Source: an uncultured delta proteobacterium (GTDB taxonomy: Bacteria; Desulfobacterota; Desulfobacteria; Desulfobacterales; JAHEIW01). Taken from it: a stretch of 64,000 nucleotides of DNA. The stretch covers positions 128,001 through 192,000 of the forward strand of contig CAVPNL010000006.1 in NCBI GenBank assembly GCA_963706575.1, given 5' to 3'. The first letter of the stretch is position 1, and each line of letters starts with the position of its first letter. Shown here in pieces: positions 50,855-60,900 of the stretch. Below the pieces are notes generated by a model. The model had not been told where the DNA came from and did not search any database. It saw only the letters and a list, made by a program, of their open reading frames with translations. The translations under genes were made by a program, and so were the position numbers.

Positions 50855-50937
50855 ACCACGAAGTTCACGAAGGACACGAAGCAGAAAATCAAGAAAATTT
50901 ATATTCATTTTGGTAAATCTTCGTGTTCTTCGTGGTG
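50855..50937. repeat. Short-period palindrome (9-nt unit CACGAAGNN)
   Basis: accacgaagttcacgaaggacacgaag / cttcgtgttcttcgtggtg; related single arms near 106-123 and 36565-36590. Confidence 0.75.
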
Positions 50938-51011
50938 AATGCACTCAATACTTTTTAACCGGCTTATTCGGTGGAATCAATCTTTATGGGTGCCTTTGGC
51001 AGGCAAGCCGA

Positions 51012-54000
51012 TTAACCCTTACTCGCAATTTTTTCCAACTCACTGACGAGTTTAGAAATTCCCTCAAAGTCAAAGTCCTCCGCCAATTGAATGAATTTAT
51101 CACTGATGGGGGCCAAGGCATCGGATTTGGATTTGAGCGCTTCGGCAATGGATTTTATCTGGGTGACATCTCCCATTTCAGCCGGCTCTTTAATTCTATT
51201 GATGGCTTCCGCGACCATTTCTGGTGGTATGGCGGTCATTGCGTCTGCCGACGGTTGTTCCGTCTTTTGGGCCGGTACCGGACCTAATGTTTGAACTGCT
51301 TCCAGGGCTTGATTGATGGACGTTTCCAGCCTGGCAAATTTTTGATCCAGCTGCTTTTGGGATGCAGACTTCTTTTGATCCCCTTTTACCAGTTTTTCCA
51401 GTTCGACCGCCGCAGCCTGAAGCGCGGTGGCCGCCAGATTGCCGGCCAGCCCTTTAAGGTTGTGAATCAGGCTATGCGCCTGTTCGAAATCACCGTTATC
51501 CAGCGTCTTGCGAATTTCAGCGGCGACCTCAGTGTATTTGGCGCCGAAATCAAGCAGCAGCTTGCGGTATAGTTTTTGATTGCCCTGCAGCCGGCCGAGC
51601 CCTTCTGCCAGATTAAATCCCGGCAGAGAGTCCGGTAATCCTGGCTCATCCCGCACCTCTACCGGTGCCCGGGTTACGGTCTCTTTTGCAGCAGAAACGT
51701 CATCTTTGCGGCTCGGGATTCGCTTATCTGTCGGCTGGATCCATTTCTGCAAAGTGGAAAACAACTGATCCGGGTCAATGGGCTTGGTGACGTGGCCGTT
51801 CATGCCGGCCTGCAGGCTTTTGTCTTCATCACCGGCCATGGCGTGCGCCGTCATGGCGATGATCGGGATATTGCGGATTTCTGATTTCAGATTTCGGATT
51901 TCCCGGGTGGCGGTGTATCCGTCCATTACCGGCATCTGGATATCCATGAGCACAGCGTCATATTGGTTTTCTTTCACCAGATCGACAGCCTGCCGGCCGT
52001 TGTCGGCCAGACTGACGATCAGGTCGGCACCTTCGAGAATTTCTTTGGCGACCTGCTGGTTAATTTCATTGTCTTCCACCAGCAGGATTTTGGCTCCCTT
52101 GATAAGCGCCAGCGCTTCAGCTTCTTCCCGGCCTTGAGCAATCGGCGACGTATCAGGCAGTTCTTCACCATGCGCCTGAATGATGGTATCGAATAGCACC
52201 GAAGGGCTGACCGGCTTGAGCAGAAAACCATCCAGGCCGACCTTTTCGGCTTTTCGCATGACCTCTTCGCGTCCGTAGGCGGTCACCATGACCACGCGGG
52301 GGATATGGTTGATTTTAGGATTCTTCTTGATGCGTTTGGATGCCTCAATACCGTCCATGCCCGGCATTTTCCAGTCCATGATCACCATCTCAAAGGGTTT
52401 TTCTTTATCTGCCTTTTCAACTTCGGCGATACCTTCCTGGCCGGTTGCCGCCAGGGTGACCTCAAAGGAAAATGACTCCATCATGTCGCGTAAAATTTCT
52501 CTGGAGGTGTGATTGTCATCCACCACCAGAACTTTCATGCCGCGCAGATCACGTGAGGGGGCAAAGCGTTTTTTGACTTCTTCGCTCCCCAGGCCAAAGG
52601 AGGCCGTGAAGCTGAAGGTACTGCCCTGTCCGGGCTCGCTCTCCACCCAGATTTCCCCGTCCATCATCTCCACCAGCCGTTTGCTGATCGTCAGTCCCAG
52701 CCCGGTGCCGCCGTATTTGCGAGTGGTGGAGGTGTCGGCCTGGGTGAAAGACTGAAACAGTTTGCCGGCCTGCTCCTTTGTTAGTCCAATGCCGGTGTCA
52801 CTGACCGAAAATTTTAAAGTGATGTGGTCTTTGTTTTTCTTGACCCGTTCAGTGGAAACCACAATCTCTCCGGTATCGGTAAATTTGACGGCATTATTGG
52901 CCAAATTGATCAGAATCTGTCCCAGGCGCAAAGGATCGCCGACCAGAAAGCGCGGCACGTTCTGATCCGTGGCGAAAAGAACTTCCAGGCCTTCTTTTTC
53001 CTGCGCTTTTACACTGATTAAGTTGCCCAGATTATCCAGCACATCGTCCAGATTAAAATCGACGGACTCCATATCCAGTTTGCCGGCTTCGATTTTGGAG
53101 AAGTCTAAAATGTCGTTGATAATGCCCAGCAGGGAATTGGCGGATGACTGGATCTTGTTCAGATAATCCTTCTGTTTAGGGGTTAGTTCGGTTTTCAGCG
53201 CCAGGTGGGTCATGCCGATGACCGCATTCATGGGGGTGCGGATCTCATGACTCATGTTGGCCAAAAAATCGCTTTTGGCCTTGTTGGCCTCGTCAGCGAT
53301 GTGTTTGGCGTCGACGAGTTCATCTTCCATGTGTTTGCGTTCGGTAATGTCGGTAAACATGCCGAAGGATCCGAGTTTATTCCCTTCAGCATCTAAAAGG
53401 GGCGCAGCATTGACCAGGCAGGGCACGATGGTTCCATCTGCACGGGATAGCGAAACCTCATATAAGCCCTTTTCGCCTTCCCCGCGAATCTTTTCCTGCT
53501 CACGTACGATCTTAATGTTTTTATCATCCAGAAAATCGTTAATACTCTTGCCGACAACCTCTTCGCGCGAACGCTGCAGGATTTCACACATGGCATCGTT
53601 TATGTCCAGTGTGATGTCTTCGGGATCAATGAGCCAGAATCCTTCGTTTGTGGTCTTTAAGATGTTGCTCAGCCGCTCCTCACTTTCGCGGATGATGTCG
53701 TCGGCCTTCTTTTTTTCGGTGACATCACGCAGGGACTCGATGGCACCGGCCACTTCACCGGCAGCGTCGTAAATCATTCCTGCCGTTCCGTGCAGGTATA
53801 TCTCTTTTCCTCCCAGACTGGGGTGGTAGGATTCAGAAATGAGGTTCTCGCCTTCTTTTTTAACAGAGAGATATTTTTTTTCATATCCCGTATCCCAGTT
53901 TTTAACCAGATCGATCAGAATCGGTCGTCTTTCGCCGTAAAAGGGCAGGGCATATTCAAAATTGCTTTTACCCACCATATCATCGGCTTTTACACCGGTG

Positions 54001-55727
54001 AGTTCTTCCATGGACTGGTTCCAGATGCGCACCGTACCTTCATTGTCGACGACCATGGTGGGGTCCGGCAGAAAGTTGATGATCTGGGATAGACGCTGTT
54101 CCGAATTTTTGATCACCTCTTCGGCCTGTTTGCGCTCGGTGATGTCGTGGGCCACGTGAACCACCTGGCTGAAGGCGCCGTCTTCGTCCTTAATTGGAAA
54201 GGTCGATACTTCCACAATGACTTCATGACCATCCGCACCTTTGTGGATGTGTTCAACGGTGCATTTTTGACCGGCTTCTTTGGTTTTGAGCATGGGGCAT
54301 TCGTGGTGGGGCGGCGCACACAATTCTGAAAGGCTGTGGGTCAGTTCATGGCACAACTGGCCGACAACCTGGTCGCGGGGCAATTCAACATCAGTCAGAA
54401 AGGCTTCGTTAGCATCGACAATCCGGCCGCTGTCGATTTCGATGATCGAAATGGCGTCCGGTATGCTGTTGATGACGGTCTCGATGAAATCCCTTTGCTT
54501 GCGAATGGCTGTCTGCTTTTCCTTTAATTCGGCCGTGCGCTCTGCGACCAGGTCCTCGAGGTTGTCACGATGCTTCTTGAGTTCGGCTTCCGATGCTTTC
54601 AGCGCGGATTCCGCCTGGTCGATCGACGCCAACATCTCATTGAAAGACTGACCCAGGCTGCCGATTTCATCCGTTGATTTGATCTCAATTTTATAGTTAA
54701 GATCACCGGTTTGGGCGATGCGCCGGGTTCCGTCATTGAGTTTTTTGATGGGCTTGATGACAAACTTTTGCAGGCCGGTGACGGTTAAAAAACTCAGCAG
54801 CGCAAGCGAAACGACAAGGGCCAAAATAATCTTGTTCACAAAACTGTTAACCTCACCCTCTATTTGCTCGACCGGAATGACCATCCCGAGCTTCCAGCCC
54901 AGCTCGGGAGAGGTATAAAAGAAGAGATAGTGTTTTTCCGAATTCCGGGTGACGGTTATAAAGCCCCGGGCTTTTGTGAAAAGCTCCTGCAAATCATCTT
55001 TGTATAACGCCTCAATTGTCATGGCGCGTGCGGCTTGATCCTGGCTTGCTAAAAAAGTTCCCTCTTTATCCAGCAAAACCATATGCCCCTTATGGCCCAC
55101 TTTGACGTTTTCAATGTATTCGGTCAGGCCGGCAAGGGTGATATCAATGCCTACCACCCCGTAAATGCTACCTTTTTCATCCAAAAGCGCTTTGACGGTT
55201 CCGATATTAACATCCGTGGAGGTTACCGAAGCATATGGAGGGGTTCGCATGACCTGTCCCGGATTTTTGGCGGCCAGTATGTACCAGGGCCGTGTTCGCG
55301 GGTCATATTTCGTGGAGCGGGTCCTTTTATGAGATCGGACAAAACCACCGTTCTCCCGGCCCATATAAACCGAGTTCACATATTTATGGGTTTTTCGATA
55401 GCGGTTGAAGATGTTGATGATCCGCTGTTCCTGTGGACCAATGGCATATTGGAAGGTATCGGGGTCTGCTTCCGTAAAATTGGTAAAATCCGAGTCGTTT
55501 CTTGACCGAACCGTTTCATCGGAAACCAGGCCGTTCAGATCTTCTTCGACCTGGTAAAAGGTATTCTTCAAGGCAAAATCAATGTGGGTCAGCTCGTTCC
55601 GCAAACCGTTGGAGATTGTCGAAAACCGCTCTTTTTTCAGCCTTGATGAAACAAAGCTGCCAACTAGCAGCAAGATCAAAAAACCAACAGCCGCATAAAG
55701 CAGCAATATTTTATATCTAAGCTTCAT
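51012..55727 (-). CDS. Hybrid sensor histidine kinase (dCache-HAMP-3xPAS-HisKA-HATPase-2xREC-Hpt)
   Basis: YDPRTRPWY dCache motif, [29 protein letters not shown], two REC domains, [11 protein letters not shown]pt. Confidence 0.95.
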   Translation of the reverse strand: MKLRYKILLLYAAVGFLILLLVGSFVSSRLKKERFSTISNGLRNELTHIDFALKNTFYQVEEDLNGLVSDETVRSRNDSDFTNFTEADPDTFQYAIGPQEQRIINIFNRYRKTHKYVNSVYMGRENGGFVRSHKRTRSTKYDPRTRPWYILAAKNPGQVMRTPPYASVTSTDVNIGTVKALLDEKGSIYGVVGIDITLAGLTEYIENVKVGHKGHMVLLDKEGTFLASQDQAARAMTIEALYKDDLQELFTKARGFITVTRNSEKHYLFFYTSPELGWKLGMVIPVEQIEGEVNSFVNKIILALVVSLALLSFLTVTGLQKFVIKPIKKLNDGTRRIAQTGDLNYKIEIKSTDEIGSLGQSFNEMLASIDQAESALKASEAELKKHRDNLEDLVAERTAELKEKQTAIRKQRDFIETVINSIPDAISIIEIDSGRIVDANEAFLTDVELPRDQVVGQLCHELTHSLSELCAPPHHECPMLKTKEAGQKCTVEHIHKGADGHEVIVEVSTFPIKDEDGAFSQVVHVAHDITERKQAEEVIKNSEQRLSQIINFLPDPTMVVDNEGTVRIWNQSMEELTGVKADDMVGKSNFEYALPFYGERRPILIDLVKNWDTGYEKKYLSVKKEGENLISESYHPSLGGKEIYLHGTAGMIYDAAGEVAGAIESLRDVTEKKKADDIIRESEERLSNILKTTNEGFWLIDPEDITLDINDAMCEILQRSREEVVGKSINDFLDDKNIKIVREQEKIRGEGEKGLYEVSLSRADGTIVPCLVNAAPLLDAEGNKLGSFGMFTDITERKHMEDELVDAKHIADEANKAKSDFLANMSHEIRTPMNAVIGMTHLALKTELTPKQKDYLNKIQSSANSLLGIINDILDFSKIEAGKLDMESVDFNLDDVLDNLGNLISVKAQEKEGLEVLFATDQNVPRFLVGDPLRLGQILINLANNAVKFTDTGEIVVSTERVKKNKDHITLKFSVSDTGIGLTKEQAGKLFQSFTQADTSTTRKYGGTGLGLTISKRLVEMMDGEIWVESEPGQGSTFSFTASFGLGSEEVKKRFAPSRDLRGMKVLVVDDNHTSREILRDMMESFSFEVTLAATGQEGIAEVEKADKEKPFEMVIMDWKMPGMDGIEASKRIKKNPKINHIPRVVMVTAYGREEVMRKAEKVGLDGFLLKPVSPSVLFDTIIQAHGEELPDTSPIAQGREEAEALALIKGAKILLVEDNEINQQVAKEILEGADLIVSLADNGRQAVDLVKENQYDAVLMDIQMPVMDGYTATREIRNLKSEIRNIPIIAMTAHAMAGDEDKSLQAGMNGHVTKPIDPDQLFSTLQKWIQPTDKRIPSRKDDVSAAKETVTRAPVEVRDEPGLPDSLPGFNLAEGLGRLQGNQKLYRKLLLDFGAKYTEVAAEIRKTLDNGDFEQAHSLIHNLKGLAGNLAATALQAAAVELEKLVKGDQKKSASQKQLDQKFARLETSINQALEAVQTLGPVPAQKTEQPSADAMTAIPPEMVAEAINRIKEPAEMGDVTQIKSIAEALKSKSDALAPISDKFIQLAEDFDFEGISKLVSELEKIASKG

Positions 55728-55788
55728 TGCGTTTTCCCCTTAGCGGGTTTTATTTATTCTGCAGTTGTGGTGTTTACTGGCTACATTA

Positions 55789-56003
55789 CGTAATTCCTGC
55801 TAAGCAGACTGTGTCGTAATTCAAAAAAGCGCTTAAATTCTGCCTGTCATGCCGGTCCCGGATCAGGCCCGGGATGACCGATCCGCCATCCAGCACTGTA
55901 ACGCTTTGAAAAAACACTGGATTTCGGGTCAAGCCCGGAATGACAAAAGGGCTCATTTTCCTCGCTTGAAGATTACGACACAGTCTGCGACGCGGGCATG
56001 ACG
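55789..56003. mobile_element. Nested MITE/REP-like palindromic element
   Basis: 17-bp TIR gcagactgtgtcgtaat (55804-55820 / 55972-55988) around gtcatgccgg...ccggaatgac, inside cgtaattcctgc...gcgggcatgacg arms. Confidence 0.7.
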
Positions 56004-56024
56004 GGAAAAACACCCCGCCTTCAT

Positions 56025-57380
56025 TTATTTTTGGGTCAGTATCTCAACACCGGTCCAGTCGTCCGGGACCCCGTTGACCATGTAGTTGGCGGAGCGTTTG
56101 AGATAGATGCGGGCGGCGCGATCCTCGGCGTGTTTTTCCAGCACCCGGTTAAACTTGACGCTGGCTTCTGAGAATTTGCGGTCATAATAAAGGCAGAGAC
56201 CCTGTTCAAATTCATCCTTGGTCTGTTCTTTCAATTCAATCACTTCCGGCGGATCGCCGTCGAAGACCTCATGCACCGAGACCGGATCTTTTTTCCCCTT
56301 GACCTGCACCTTATCGACGAACCGGTGTTTGTATCGGTCGGGATCTTTCAGTTGAGCCAGAGTGAGTTCGCTGATGCTGATCGAGGATCCATATACGCGT
56401 GTTAACCCTTCCAGGCGCGATGCCAGATTAACGGCATCGGCTACCACTGTGCCTTGCATGCGCTCTTCGTGGCCGATGATACCGAGCATCAGGTCACCAA
56501 TGTGCAGGCCCACGCCGATGCCGATGGGTTGATAACCTTTTTTCTTGCGCGCTTCATTATATTCGGAAACGGCCGCATGCATGGCAATCGCCGCTTGAAC
56601 GCCATTATCGGCTGATTCCGGGAATAGCGCCATCATTCCATCCCCTTGGAAATTGTCGATAAACCCGCGGTGGGCGTTGATCACCGGGCTGACCCGATTT
56701 AAAAAGGCATTGATAAAATTAAAACTTTCCTGGGCCGTCATCTCTTCCGAGAGGGTGGTCCAGCCGCGAATGTCGGAGAACAAAACGGTCATCTGCTGGG
56801 CGGTTTGATCCCCCAGTTTAACCTCTAGGATGCTCTCTTTTTTGAGCAAACTTAAAAATTCCCGGGGGACAAAGCGCTCGTAAGCGGTATTTAGTTCCAC
56901 CAGTTCTGCCGTGCGTTCTTTTACGCGCTCTTCCAGGAATTCATTGGCTTCCTGCAATTCATTATTTTTTTCATCCAGCGCTTTTTTTAGTCGATAAACG
57001 GTCAGATGGGTATTGACTCTGGCGATGACTTCATCGGGTTGAAACGGCTTGGTGACGTAATCCACAGCCCCCAGGTCCAATCCCTGCACCTTGTCTTTGG
57101 TGTCGGTCAGCGCCGACAGGAAAATAACCGGAATTTCAGTGGTAGCCGGATCGGCTTTTAATTGACGGCAGACTTCATAGCCATCGATTTCCGGCATCAT
57201 GATGTCCAGCAAAATTAAATTCGGTCGCGCTTTGCGGGCAATCGAAAGGGCGGCGTTACCGTCTTTGGCGATCAGCAGCTTAAAGCCCCTGCCGTCCAGG
57301 GTCTCAAACAACAGTTGCAGGTTGGTGGGATTGTCATCCACCAGCAAAATGGCTTCTGTTGCGTCATTGCTTTCAGTCAT
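56025..57380 (-). CDS. Response regulator with class III adenylate/guanylate cyclase output
   Basis: REC domain; FSDIRG, GDG, GIGVGLH, DAVNLASRLE, VKGK. Confidence 0.93.
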   Translation of the reverse strand: MTESNDATEAILLVDDNPTNLQLLFETLDGRGFKLLIAKDGNAALSIARKARPNLILLDIMMPEIDGYEVCRQLKADPATTEIPVIFLSALTDTKDKVQGLDLGAVDYVTKPFQPDEVIARVNTHLTVYRLKKALDEKNNELQEANEFLEERVKERTAELVELNTAYERFVPREFLSLLKKESILEVKLGDQTAQQMTVLFSDIRGWTTLSEEMTAQESFNFINAFLNRVSPVINAHRGFIDNFQGDGMMALFPESADNGVQAAIAMHAAVSEYNEARKKKGYQPIGIGVGLHIGDLMLGIIGHEERMQGTVVADAVNLASRLEGLTRVYGSSISISELTLAQLKDPDRYKHRFVDKVQVKGKKDPVSVHEVFDGDPPEVIELKEQTKDEFEQGLCLYYDRKFSEASVKFNRVLEKHAEDRAARIYLKRSANYMVNGVPDDWTGVEILTQK

Positions 57381-57455
57381 TGGAGGTACTCCCCTCATTC
57401 AGGGAAAACTGCAGCCGGATAGAGAATAGGTGGTAATATTTATCCGGCCTTCTTT

Positions 57456-57791
57456 CTAAGCAAGTTCTTTAAGGCCTTCTTCAACGGTATCCTTGATGGG
57501 AAGCATCGATGTGAAACCGCTGACCTCAAAAATCTCGTATACGTATTGCGTTAAGGCGGCCAGAGCCACTTTACCGTCTCTGCGCCGGATCTCTTTAGCG
57601 GCGCTTAAAATGACCCGCAACCCGCCACTGCTGAGGTATTCCAGATCACTTAAATCGAAAAGCAACCGGTTTTCTTCTCCTTCCAGCATTTTATTAATTT
57701 CCCCTTCGGCAACCGGCGCAGTGGTGGCATCCAAGCGCCCTTTTATGGCAACATTTAAAATTCCGTTCTCCACCGTATGATTAATTTCCAT
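57456..57791 (-). CDS. STAS anti-sigma factor antagonist (paralog of 49282-49617)
   Basis: KGRLD, LEYLSSGGLR, YEIFEVSGF. Confidence 0.93.
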   Translation of the reverse strand: MEINHTVENGILNVAIKGRLDATTAPVAEGEINKMLEGEENRLLFDLSDLEYLSSGGLRVILSAAKEIRRRDGKVALAALTQYVYEIFEVSGFTSMLPIKDTVEEGLKELA

Positions 57792-57941
57792 TTTCAGGTC
57801 CTTTCTATTGGGTGCAATTAAAATCTGTCATTATTTAAGGATCTTGTAATTATTCCAGACTGGATTGTCAATAAAGGATTGGGGAAGGCGTTTTGTTTTG
57901 AAAATATTCAGGAGGACGATTTGAACGGATGAAACAAAGCC

Positions 57942-60900
57942 TTACATGATTGCCGATCGAGTTTTCTCCTGTCTTTTGAGCGCAAGCGCCAATAAATTAA
58001 TGAGCACTTTGACGGCAAAGGGTTTTTCAATGAATTCGTTGACCCCTAATCGCAGGGCTTCAGAGAAAATATGATCATCGCGGTAAGCTGTAATCAAAAA
58101 CCGGATGGCCTGGGGCTGGGTGAAGGAAGTAAGTTTAAGAAATTCCAGGCCGTTAATGCCCGGCAGCCGCAAGTCACTGATGATGATGTCAAACTGCTGC
58201 TCCTTGATGGCCTGCAGGCCCTGTTCGGCACTCTCAGCCACCTGTAAACAGCAGCCCTTGGTTTTAAATGCCAGCTTGAGAGAATTTCGAATAAACTCAT
58301 CGTCATCGACGAGCAAGGTTTTAATGTTTTTTAATTCATTGAAAGGGTTCATTTTTTTCTCTGCCGTATTTTTTTTACGCGAAGGATTGAAAATAGACTG
58401 AAGCAACAAGAAAGCCAGTATGATTGAAACGATGGCAATGAGACCGTTAAAGGTGATATTGAATGCAGCCGGCGAGGTGCTGGTGGCGATAAAGCAGCCG
58501 GCAGCGCCGGCCGTTGCTGCTCCAAAACCTGTTGCAAGGGATGGCGGGCTGATCGCCAGGGATTGGGCGCTTTCATCTCCGCTCGAATCAACCGAGGTTA
58601 CCCCGTAGAAATAACTTGCGGCACCGCTGCCGCCTGAATCCTGGGCGCTGATGCTTGCAGGATCCGTATCGAGGTATTGGGTATCCGTGATCAGGATGCC
58701 ATTGATTTTGGTGTAGATACCACCGGCTGACTGGCTGCGGTAGACGTTATAACCGGCCACCGGATTGCCGTCGCAGTCTTCAACCGACTGCCAGCTTATG
58801 ATAATACCTTCTTCAACCTGTTGAACATCAACTTCGGTAGGCTTATACGGAATCGGGACCTGCAGGGTCAGAGCCGGATCACCAAAAAGCAAAAATGTTT
58901 CACTGATCTCTTCAAATGCTGTCCCACCATTGGCCAGCAGGGTTTGTTTGGCATCGACGACGGCCGGACCCAGTTGGCGGATATCCTTGGTGAAGATGGA
59001 TTCAAACAGAGCGGTGTCCAGAATATGCTGGCCGCCGGTAGACGTCATTCCGGTGGGCATCAGCGATGCAACCGCACCTTTGCCATCTGCCCGCAACAGC
59101 GCTTCGGCCAAAGAAGGCTCCGGGCCGTTTTGAGGATCCAGATAGCCGAAATAACCGGTTAAACAGCTCATACTGATAACGAACGGGTATCTGCCGGTAT
59201 TGCTTAAGCCATCTACATCCGAATTCTGGAAGATGCCTTCGCCGGCAAATCTCTGCAGGGAACCGTGACCGCTGTAATTGACGATCAAAGTTCCGTCATC
59301 GATCGCGGCCTTGATATCGTCTCTCAGCGCCGCCGCCGTCAGATAGTCGTTCAGATACCCTTTAAACGGCGCATTCATGGAGGCCGGCAATAGCATGGCC
59401 GCCTCCTCGTTCATGGTCTCAAAGGTGGCCTCGTAGGCTTCGATCTGATTGTCGGCAATCAGCAGCGTGTTTTTTTGCCAGGTTTTATCGTTGGGTGTGG
59501 TTTCATAGGTTAATATTTTATTGACCATGATGTTCGCTTCGGCCGCACTCTGTGCCGGCAGCCGGCCGATATACAGATCCGGCACGGCATCGTCGCCGCT
59601 GATCTTCACAAACCATTCATCGGTTAAGGTTTCTCCCATAAATTGCGTAAAGGTTAAATAGGAAGGCACATGGTTGGTAATGCCCAGCAGCAAGTTGTCC
59701 CTGAAGTCATAGTTGCTGTCGCCGACTAGCAGCACATAGCGGGGGGCCGGCGGTTCCCAGCTGGTGTAGGCATAATCCAGAAAATTGCGAATGGCCTCAG
59801 CGGATGTCAGACCGTAGCTGAACTCATCAAAGATGTCGGCCACATCCACCACCTTGACGCGCAGACCCTGGTCTTCACGCAAGGCCACCAGGTCATCGAG
59901 CCACCCATAGGCATCGCCGTTGGCATCCCAGCCCAGATCCCGGTGGGTGATGAGAATATAGTCTGCTCCGTTGGCGTTATCGGCCAGGTCTGCAGCTGTA
60001 TCCTCGATCAGCCCCACCGGAATCATGCTGGCATCCGACTCGAGCACGAGGTAGGTCGCGGTTGCTCCCGGGTTGACCGGCGGCTCAAATTCCAATGTAT
60101 ATGGATTGCTGCCGCTGATCGCAACGTTGGCCACTCGGCCGACATCGGTTGCTTGGGTAATATCAAAAACCATCAGGGCGTCGCTGCCAAAACCGTCAAT
60201 CTGATAGCGGAAGCCGCTGTCATGGGAAAATTTTAAGGTATTGTTAGCGGCCTCAAAGGTGCGCGGATAGGTGATCTCTACCCAATCGACGATGATACCG
60301 TCCAGATCCCGGTTGCATGCCAGGCTGATGGTATTATCGCCCTCTAAAAGATCGATTTCGTCGATCGTCGCCTCGTAAAAGGCGATCCCCGTCCAGTTAA
60401 ATATACCCGCCGGGTTGCCGTTTACCCAGACTTCGATCTCATGGTAGGTATCATAATATCCCCACATGGAAATCTTTATGCTGCCGTGGCCGGCGATTCC
60501 CGGCAGGTTGACGGTAAAGTCTGCCGGCACGGGATCCGGGGTGCCACTAAAACTGGTGCCCAGCACAAAGTCATCAAAGAACCAGCGATCCAGGGAATCA
60601 TCTCCCGGGGCCAGCCCTACATAGTATTCATCTTCCTCATGATGGACGGTGAAGCTATGGGTGGCGGCCAGCGGCCCGGCTGCCGGGATGCCGTCAACAT
60701 CGGCCATGCGCTTGGGGCTGCCCATGCCGCCGGCAGTCACCAGCCAGTAGACGTTGTCTCTGGCATATTTGGCGTAAAGGGCTGTGACCGGTCGGCCGTA
60801 AAACTCGATATAGTCGCTGGCATCCAGGATGTCATCCGTGTTTTGATCATACACGGAGAGGGCCACTTCCTCACCCAGGTTGTAGATGCGGATCTGACTT

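Noticed and set aside
55786..56013. 75-aa ORF (VIPGLTRNP...)
   Set aside because: Translation of the palindromic repeat element, not a gene
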